In this document: positions 57,065 through 64,000 of the stretch, piece after piece
Position numbering within the stretch: the first letter of the stretch is position 1
How the letters are laid out: each line of letters starts with the position of its first letter
Source: an uncultured Alphaproteobacteria bacterium
GTDB lineage: Bacteria; Pseudomonadota; Alphaproteobacteria; RF32; CAG-239
NCBI GenBank assembly: GCA_934277435.1
Contig: CAKQUE010000001.1
Coordinates: 385,957 to 449,956 of the forward strand
Reading direction: 5' to 3'
Length of the DNA: 64,000 nt
Notes under the pieces: model-generated
The model's input: only the letters and a program-made list of their open reading frames with translations
What the model was told of the DNA's origin: nothing
The model's database searches: none
Translations under genes and position numbers: made by a program

Positions 57065-57823
57065 TTATTTTCCTTCTTTTTGATTTTTTTCTGCCAACAT
57101 TTGTTTGCGGCTTTTTTTAGCAACAGTGCCTTGGGGAATATATGGAATGCCCATTTCACGGTCCAATTTCCAAGTCAGTTCATTTAAGGTTGTTTCAATT
57201 TGCAGACGATATTTCTCCAGTTCTTCGGCAGTTGCTTCCGCCGGAATAAAAAACGGTTCTGTAATGCTGTACATTCCACGGCGGAAAGGCAGAGGAACCA
57301 ACATTCTGTCCCAGCTTTTTTCAATAATCTTGGCGCCGGCTATGCTATAGGTGATGCCGATAATCGGCTTGCCGGATTTTTGGGCATAAAAAAGCGGGCT
57401 CATTGTCAATTTCATCCCAGGACCGCGCGGACCGTCAGGAATAATGGCGATGCTGTTGTTTTGCTGTAAATTGCGCATTAGCTCCAACGCAGCTTCGGTA
57501 GAATTTTTATTGGTAGAACCGCTAATGTTGCCAATACCAAATTTTTTGAGGATATTTACAATCAAGCGGCCGTCACGGTGTGGAGAAACCAAAGCGTTTA
57601 ACGGGCGCGATTTGTTCCAAAAATATGGCATTTCCAAGGTGCGACCATGCCAGCCGATAACAATCATGCTGCCGTGTTTATCCAACAGCTCATAAGCCTC
57701 TTTGACGCCGTTAACCTGCCAGCGCGTGGTTAATCCCACAAATTTAAGGTATAGATAAGCCAGATTACCTATAATGGCTTCGCCTTTTTCAGATTTTAAT
57801 AGATTTTTGAGCCAATCTTTCAT
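57065..57823 (-). CDS. DUF374-type lysophospholipid-acyltransferase-like protein
   Basis: Conserved position upstream of waaA in alphaproteobacteria. Acyltransferase-like HxxxxD region (WHGR...DG). Confidence 0.55.
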   Translation of the reverse strand: MKDWLKNLLKSEKGEAIIGNLAYLYLKFVGLTTRWQVNGVKEAYELLDKHGSMIVIGWHGRTLEMPYFWNKSRPLNALVSPHRDGRLIVNILKKFGIGNISGSTNKNSTEAALELMRNLQQNNSIAIIPDGPRGPGMKLTMSPLFYAQKSGKPIIGITYSIAGAKIIEKSWDRMLVPLPFRRGMYSITEPFFIPAEATAEELEKYRLQIETTLNELTWKLDREMGIPYIPQGTVAKKSRKQMLAEKNQKEGK

Positions 57824-57968
57824 TTTTCTTAATTATATTCCGTTATTTGACTTGAAATTAACTACATCATACAGACTTTTTTCTTAAATACAATCTGAAA
57901 AACCAAAATATTAGGTGTTTTTTTACTCTTTTTTATGCTTTAATAGCAGTTAACAGAAAGGAAAAAAG

Positions 57969-59141
57969 ATGAATAGACGCGTTTTGAAACCTGCTCAGCT
58001 GAAAATAGAATTGGAAAAATGTTTGCATTGTGCGGCTAAGCCTTGCTTAAAAGCTTGTCCGGTGCATTGTTCGCCGTGTGACTTTATTGCCGCGGCAAAA
58101 AATGGCGAATGGCAAAAAGCGGCGGAGCTGATTGAAAATCAGAATCCATTGGCGCAAAGTTGTGGATTGATTTGTCCGGATAAGTTTTGCCAAAAAGCCT
58201 GTGTTAGAGCCAATTTGGATAAAGCTATAAAAATTCCGGCAGTGCAGGCGGCAATTATGCAAAAAGCGCGGGACGAAAATATGCCTTTAGCAAATGTAAC
58301 AAATCCAAACGGTCAAAAAGTGGCGGTTATTGGTTCTGGTCCTGCCGGTATTGGCGCCGCGGCGGTGCTGTTGCGGCAGGGTTTTTGTGTGACTATTTTG
58401 GAAAAAAGTAACCAAATCGGCGGAGCGCTTAATTTGATACCGGCAGAGCGGTTGCCACGTGAAGTTATTGCTGCGGATTGGAAAAGAATTGCAGCTAATC
58501 CAAACTTGACGGTAAAACTTAATACTTTGGCTGATGATTATGAAACTTTGCTGGAACAAGGTTTTGAGGCGGTTATTGTTGCGATTGGCGAGCAGACTAG
58601 ACGTATGCTTAATATCGCTGGCGAAGAACTTAGTGTTTCGTATGTGGAATATCTTAGCAATCCGCAAAAGTATCAGACCAATGGTAATGTGGCTGTCGTG
58701 GGCGGCGGTGAAGTGGCGCTCGATTGCGCTTTGACGGCTAAACGGCTTGGCGGAATGGTAGAAATGTTTGTGCGCCGAGGTTTGAGCAATATGCGCATGG
58801 GGTTGGACGATTATGCTGATTTGATTTCAAACGACATCAATGTTACCACCATGACCAGAGTTGCCAAAATAGAAAAGCAAAAAGAAAATTTATTGACAGC
58901 GTATACGATTAAAACTCGTTTTAACACTGACGGAAAATTAGAGGATATTCCAAACACGCAAACTGCGCGGCCGGATTTTTCTTTGATTGTTTTGGCTTTA
59001 GGCAGTAGCTGCCGCGAAAATAAGATAGATAATCCGCGCGTTATTTATGCCGGAGATTGCGTAAACGGCGGTTCAACAGCCGTTGAGGCGGTGGCTTCAG
59101 GTAAAGCGGCGGCACAGAAATTTATGGAACAAATAGCTTAG
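57969..59141 (+). CDS. GltD-family NAD(P)-dependent FAD oxidoreductase (glutamate synthase small-subunit-like)
   Basis: N-terminal Cys cluster region. Dinucleotide-binding VAVIGSGPAG and VAVVGGGEVALD motifs. Confidence 0.7.
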   Translation: MNRRVLKPAQLKIELEKCLHCAAKPCLKACPVHCSPCDFIAAAKNGEWQKAAELIENQNPLAQSCGLICPDKFCQKACVRANLDKAIKIPAVQAAIMQKARDENMPLANVTNPNGQKVAVIGSGPAGIGAAAVLLRQGFCVTILEKSNQIGGALNLIPAERLPREVIAADWKRIAANPNLTVKLNTLADDYETLLEQGFEAVIVAIGEQTRRMLNIAGEELSVSYVEYLSNPQKYQTNGNVAVVGGGEVALDCALTAKRLGGMVEMFVRRGLSNMRMGLDDYADLISNDINVTTMTRVAKIEKQKENLLTAYTIKTRFNTDGKLEDIPNTQTARPDFSLIVLALGSSCRENKIDNPRVIYAGDCVNGGSTAVEAVASGKAAAQKFMEQIA

Positions 59142-60529
59142 TCCACAGGTCCTGTTTCACGCAAATGCTGTTTGATTGCGCCCATCTTCCAGCGTAGAGG
59201 GTCTTTGCTGAATTTGTTGATATAAAAGAAGTAACCGGCGGTCACAAATAATCCGGCAGCGGTCCAAGAAATGGCACTGGCGTAGAATATGCCGGTGTAG
59301 CCCATAACTTTTGCCAAATAAATGGCGGCAAAAATACGGGTTGAAAGCTCAATGAGGCTTGATATAAACGGAACAATCGGTTTGCCCATACCTTGTACAG
59401 TGTTGCGGAAGACAAAAATCAAGCCCAAGAAAAAGTAGAATTGCGTACTGATAATCAGATATTCTTTGCCGATTTTCAAAATGTTGTTGTTGCCGTCGTT
59501 AACGAAAATTCCAATCATATTTTCTCCAACTTCGCGCATTAAAAAGAAACCAAATACGCTCAAGCCGGTAGAAATTAAAAAGGCGTATTTAGCGCCGCGG
59601 CGAATACGTGAAAGCAGACTGGCTCCCCAGTTTTGCGCCGAAAATGTGGCCATGGCCAAACCAATAGCCATTAGCGGCTGAGTTGCCACTTGCTCAATGC
59701 GCAAAGCGGCGGCGAAAGCGGCTATAACTGACGGACCAAAGGAGTTGCATACACCTTGCACAATCAAAATACTAAATGATAGAATGGAAAATTGCAAAGC
59801 CATTGGCACGGCAATATTCAAGTGGTCGCGCATAATCTGCCAGCTGAATTTCATAAAACGGCGTTCAAGACGCAGCAGCGGAAATTTTTTCCACATATAA
59901 ATATAGCATAAAATTACCGAAATTGTGTTTGCAACCAATGTTCCAAAAGCCGAACCGACAACGCCCCATTTGAAATTATTGATAAAAACAAAATTAAGCA
60001 CAATATTAATCAGTGAGGAAAAGACCAGAAAATAAAGCGGGGTTTTGCTGTCACCCAGCGCGCGAATAAAACCTGACAGCAGATTGAAAGTGATAATCAT
60101 TACCGCACTTAAAGAAAGTACAAACATAAACTTGTATGCGTTTGCAAAAATTTCGGCAGGTACGTTCATCAAGTGTAACAGCGGTTTTAGGCTGAATATT
60201 AGACCAAGTGTCATAACAATGCTCAAAGCTAAAGCTGCGACTAGGCTATGAAAAACCGAATATTGTACGCCATCATCGTCATGTGCGCCGAATCGCTGAG
60301 CTGTGACCACGGTTAAACCGCCGGTAAAACCAAAAGCAATCATCAAAAACACCATATAAATAGGTGCTGAGCTGCCGACTGCAGCTAAAGTTTCTGTGCC
60401 GAGCAAACGTCCGACAATTACCATGTCCGAAATTTGATATATTTGTAAAAAGAGGTTGCCCAGCAAAAGCGGAATTGCAAATTTTATAATCAAAGTCAGC
60501 GGATTGCCGGTTGTCAAATCATTAGTCAT
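59138..60529 (-). CDS. MATE-family efflux transporter
   Basis: 12 TM helices. MATE N-terminus (LIIKFAIPLLLGNLFLQIYQISDMVIVGRLLG). ATG at 60529. Confidence 0.85.
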   Translation of the reverse strand: MTNDLTTGNPLTLIIKFAIPLLLGNLFLQIYQISDMVIVGRLLGTETLAAVGSSAPIYMVFLMIAFGFTGGLTVVTAQRFGAHDDDGVQYSVFHSLVAALALSIVMTLGLIFSLKPLLHLMNVPAEIFANAYKFMFVLSLSAVMIITFNLLSGFIRALGDSKTPLYFLVFSSLINIVLNFVFINNFKWGVVGSAFGTLVANTISVILCYIYMWKKFPLLRLERRFMKFSWQIMRDHLNIAVPMALQFSILSFSILIVQGVCNSFGPSVIAAFAAALRIEQVATQPLMAIGLAMATFSAQNWGASLLSRIRRGAKYAFLISTGLSVFGFFLMREVGENMIGIFVNDGNNNILKIGKEYLIISTQFYFFLGLIFVFRNTVQGMGKPIVPFISSLIELSTRIFAAIYLAKVMGYTGIFYASAISWTAAGLFVTAGYFFYINKFSKDPLRWKMGAIKQHLRETGPVD

Positions 60530-60778
60530 CTTTTTTACCTCTTTTTTATTTTCAAATCTTTTAAAATACGTGTGAGTTATAACGCACAAAATTTAAATGT
60601 AAAGAGAAAAAATAATGATTTTTTTGTAAAAACATAGCTTGAAACGAAAAAATATTTGAGCTAATTTTTTGGATATAACAAAAGGTTAATAGATGCAGTG
60701 ATAAAAAAATAAAAAAAATTGAAAAAAATGCTTGCTTTTTGAATTTTTAGCGTGTATAAACATTTTTGTTGATGAGAT

Positions 60779-60854
60779 GGGCGCTTAGCTCAGCTGGAAG
60801 AGCATCTCGTTTACACCGAGAGGGTCGGGAGTTCGAGCCTCTCAGCGCCCACCA
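60779..60854 (+). tRNA. tRNA-Val (anticodon TAC)
   Basis: Hand-folded. Acceptor GGGCGCU/AGCGCCC. Anticodon loop UUUACAC. T-loop UUCGAGC. CCA encoded. Confidence 0.9.
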
Positions 60855-61127
60855 CTTAAATAGCTGCCGCAAGGCAGTTTTTTTGTTTTTAAAGCTTTGA
60901 AGCTCAAACTCCCTCGGGAGTTCGTTTGCATTCGATATAAATTGCTGCGCGCAAAGCTAGTTTGGCTGGCAATTTATGAATGCTGCACCTTTCGTTGAAA
61001 AATATCCATTAAGGGATATTTTTCTGTCTCAAGCCGGTGTCTCAGCGCCCACCACTTAAATAGCTGCCGCAAGGCAGTTTTTTTGTTTTTAAAGCTTTAA
61101 GGCTCAAACTCCATCAGGAGTTCATCG
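60841..61127. repeat. Direct repeat (2 x ~87 bp) of the tRNA-Val 3' end plus downstream flank
   Basis: 60841..60927 and 61041..61127 share ctcagcgcccaccacttaaatagctgccgcaaggcagtttttttgtttttaaagcttt...ctcaaactcc..ggagttc with about 4 mismatches. Each copy contains the terminator ctgcc-gcaa-ggcag plus T7. Confidence 0.85.
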
Positions 61128-61239
61128 TAAAAGTTGGGCAGAGTAAAAAGTTATAAAAAATAGTTCTTTATCTTTACATTTTAATATCAAGAAATTATAT
61201 TTTATGCAGAAATAGTTTTTGTCTTTAGAAGGAGAAAAT

Positions 61240-61764
61240 ATGATGGATAAAAAAGAAAAAATGGAAGCGGCTAAAGAAGAGCATAAATGCTGCTGTAATA
61301 AAAACTGCGATTGCGGTTGTCAAGAGGGTAAAGAATGCACTTGTGGCTGCGGTTGTGGTTGTGGCTGCGGTTGTTGCTGCAAGAAAAAAGTTTTTAAAGT
61401 TTTGGCGGTATTGGTTATCTTTTTGGCTGGTATGGGGTTTCAGGCTTTGTTGCAATGCGGTTTTCGCTGCCCAATGAACAAGCCGCGTCCAATGCCGGTA
61501 CAGATGGCTCCAATTCCGGCGATGCCTATGCCTGCTTATTCTGACGCTCAAGGCGGTGACATCATTATTATTAATACTGATGGTTTAGCCGGTATAGAAA
61601 AGTTTTTGAAGAACAAAGGCTGTTCCAAGGATTGCGGCTGCAAAAAAATAAAACACGACCATGATCATCATTCACACAAAAAAGATAAGCATTCGGAATT
61701 TCACGCAGATAGACATGCTCATATGCCGGAACATGCGCCAATGGCACCGGAAGCGGTTAAATAA
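61240..61764 (+). CDS. Cys-rich / His-rich metal-binding membrane protein (metallothionein-like N-terminus)
   Basis: N-terminal CCCNKNCDCGCQEGKECTCGCGCGCGCGCCC, one TM helix, Met/Pro-rich segment, His-rich C-terminus HDHDHHSH...HADRHAHMPEH. AAGGAG RBS. Confidence 0.65.
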   Translation: MMDKKEKMEAAKEEHKCCCNKNCDCGCQEGKECTCGCGCGCGCGCCCKKKVFKVLAVLVIFLAGMGFQALLQCGFRCPMNKPRPMPVQMAPIPAMPMPAYSDAQGGDIIIINTDGLAGIEKFLKNKGCSKDCGCKKIKHDHDHHSHKKDKHSEFHADRHAHMPEHAPMAPEAVK

Positions 61765-61787
61765 TCTAGAAAAAAATCTAAATTTGA

Positions 61788-61818
61788 GGCTCCCTTACTT
61801 TGCGTGAGGGAGTTTTTT
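61788..61818 (+). terminator. Rho-independent terminator
   Basis: ggctccctt-loop-gtgagggag followed by T7. Confidence 0.7.
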
Positions 61819-61972
61819 TGTGACATTTATATGACAATTTTATAACAAATTTATTTTATGTTTGCTTATTTTACAAGAGTTTGTTAGAATAATTATGGGG
61901 GAGTAGTCCGACTTTATATAAAGTTAGGACTGTATGGTTATATAATTTTAGGAGGCTTTACGATGAGCAAAA

Positions 61973-64000
61973 TGAAGCAAATAGCGGCTTTGACGGCTAT
62001 GCTGGTTGGCGTGATTATGTATGCGTCGCCTGCAAAATGTGCGGTCTGTTTTTTGCCTGATGATGACGGCAGTTGCGGCGGCGGAGATATAGAAATTTCG
62101 GACGGTAGCGGTAGCGATGACGATAAACCGGTAAAAGAATGCAGCGGTTTTACGGTTAGTGCCACAAATTATGACAAGATGAAAGATTGTTTTAATTTTA
62201 CATATTGCACAAAATCAAAAACAAAAGAAGTAGTCTATAAAAAAGGGGGTAAAAAAAGCAATACCCACTGGTATCCTAATTGGAACGCTTGCTGCACAGG
62301 TGGAACAGCCTATGATTTGAGAGAAGGTAAGTGTTGTCCGGCTGGCGGCTGTGTACACGACGAATGTGACGCCCCGAAAGTATGGAGCAGCATTTTGGGT
62401 AACTGCGTATGTCCGGCTGACAGAGAAGAAAATACAACTAGTAATACGTGTTGTCCTGTTGGCGAACACGCAGATGGTGCGATTTGTTGTCCAGATAAAA
62501 AACATAATGAAGGCGGTGAGTGTAAGTGCGACAGTAAATACAATACCGATAAAAATGGTAATTGCGTATTGCCGAATAACTGCACTTATGCCTATCGCCA
62601 AGCTACAACAGCAGATAGCTGTGGTTTAAAACATTTTGAAAATACTACTAAGTGTATGGATAGCATAAATGGCTGTTTGTGTTACACTCAATTGCAGAAA
62701 GTATCATCTGTTTATGCTGGGAGCGCTGGAACTGTTATTCCACTTAACAAAATCAGCAATACGTCTGCAACTTGCATTGATGAAAACAATGTAACTAGAT
62801 ACCAGACAATTTGTCCAGGAACGCCAGAATCAGGATGTACTGATAAAGATAAAGAGTTTAAGCCAAACGGCTGCGTAAGCGATACTTATAACAATGGTTT
62901 TGAAGTTAAGGGTGTTAGATGGGGTGATTGCGTTAAAAAAGAAGAAACCTGCCTTTATGAATATACTATGTTAACGACAAAAGATACAGGCGGAGTCACG
63001 GATATTAGCGGTCAATCACTTAGATATAGTAAGAATTGGAATGATAAGTGTTATAAAGAGGGCCGTAAAATAGAAAAGACTTCTACTTGCTATGGTTATG
63101 AAGGTTCCAATGGTACTTATAGTTGTGGCGGCACTAGTGATGGACCAAAATGCACCAATCCAGGAAGCAGTTGCAAAATTACACAGACTTGCACGATGCG
63201 CTATAATTGTCCAACTCAGGCATCTTGCGGTATAGCGGATAATCCGTCTGTTTATAGTGAAGGTATATTTGTTGGAAGTCACTGGAGCACACCTTATAAC
63301 AGAATAAGTAATGCATCCGCAAGCTGCACAACAATTGATGGAGTAACAAAATATCAAACTATTTGTGAGGGAACTCCTAAACAAAAATGTGATAAAAAAT
63401 TTACACCAAATAACTGCGTAAGTAGTGATTATAGCAACGGTGTTCAAGTCTTGGGTGCAGAGTGGGGAACGTGTGGTTGCGATACAGACAAAGGATATTA
63501 TGATAGCATGGAAACATGCAGAAGTAATGCAAACTCTGACGGCTGTATGACATCCAATATTTATGGTTGCTATCAAACCTGCAAATCCAGAAGAGGGTAT
63601 TTTTCAACCCTAGAAGACTGCAGAGATACAACCTATAGCGTTAGCTGCAATAAAACTGATGATTGTTATGAGAGAAGAATGCAAGGCTTCTTGATTAAAT
63701 ATGAAACAGATTTAAAACTACTAGTAGATTGTCATAGTCCTTATTCTTACACTGTTAGGGTAAATGCGTTCTTAATGGATGTTACTAAAAATAAATATTC
63801 TGGACTAGAAGAAGCAGACAGATACTCTACAACAATTAGCGGAGAAAAACATATAGCTCTGCCTGTAGATACTTCAAAAGGATATCAATATACGGCAGGA
63901 ACCTATTATCTTTGCTACCAAAGCAGCTGTTCATCATCAGGTAGTAATAATCAAAAATGTCCTAATGTTTCTGTAAAATCTGTGCAGTTACTAAAACAAT
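61973..64000 (+). CDS. Very large secreted cysteine-rich repeat protein (5' partial, continues beyond the window)
   Basis: Hand translation from the ATG at 61973 (GGAGG RBS). Signal peptide MSKMKQIAALTAMLVGVIMYASPA. More than 675 aa open to the window end. Over 10% Cys. Internal repeats, for example ...ISNTSATCIDENNVTRYQTICPGTPESGC... and ...ISNASASCTTIDGVTKYQTICEGTPKQKC.... It is missing from the ORF track because there is no stop in the window. Confidence 0.7.

Noticed and set aside
61310-61380. GC-rich tgtggctgcggttgt repeat considered as a CRISPR-like or non-coding repeat
   Set aside because: It is in-frame inside a well-formed ORF with an RBS and encodes a Cys-Gly cluster. No spacer/repeat periodicity is present, and no CRISPR arrays were seen anywhere in the window.
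62215-63576. Minus-strand ORFs of 128 and 186 aa
   Set aside because: They are antisense to the long signal-peptide-bearing Cys-rich ORF that is open from 61973 to the window end. The Cys-rich frame has an RBS, a signal peptide and a repeat structure, and the antisense frames do not.

Overview
This window reads as chromosomal DNA from a low-GC alphaproteobacterium. The evidence is a GcrA cell-cycle regulator plus conserved synteny blocks: ffs-dnaX-ybaB-recR, rpoZ-spoT-acpS, pal-cpoB-tilS, nuoLMN-birA-rnj and lpxK-waaA. Housekeeping blocks alternate with accessory patches. About 75 protein genes, three tRNAs (Arg-TCT, Lys-TTT, Val-TAC), an SRP RNA and a 41-aa bL36 gene (the last two absent from the ORF track) can be supported. 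No CRISPR array, integrase or transposase is visible. Seven items deserve a second look. (1) A three-gene operon of unknown function: retropepsin-like protease, periplasmic transglutaminase-like domain fused to 7TM, and RimK-related ATP-grasp ligase. (2) An intergenic repeat family present at two loci. Each unit carries a TGTAC-N6-TGTACA motif and a terminator-like hairpin. Both arrays begin with the same 12-nt junction directly after a stop codon. (3) Both tRNA-Lys and tRNA-Val are followed by a tandem copy of their own 3' end plus flank, an att-like scar. tRNA-Val is followed by a metallothionein-like Cys/His-rich membrane protein and a very large Cys-rich secreted protein that runs off the window. 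(4) Three paralogous type IV pilin genes sit beside an OmpR-type two-component system, phased regulator boxes and a truncated eptA-like remnant. (5) A divergent NuoL/M/N-like triad is detached from any nuoA-K. (6) A G8 tract lies in the spacer of a candidate promoter, which suggests phase variation. (7) A novel gene flanked by terminators is inserted between pal and cpoB. Family assignments come from motifs read by eye. No database search was run.
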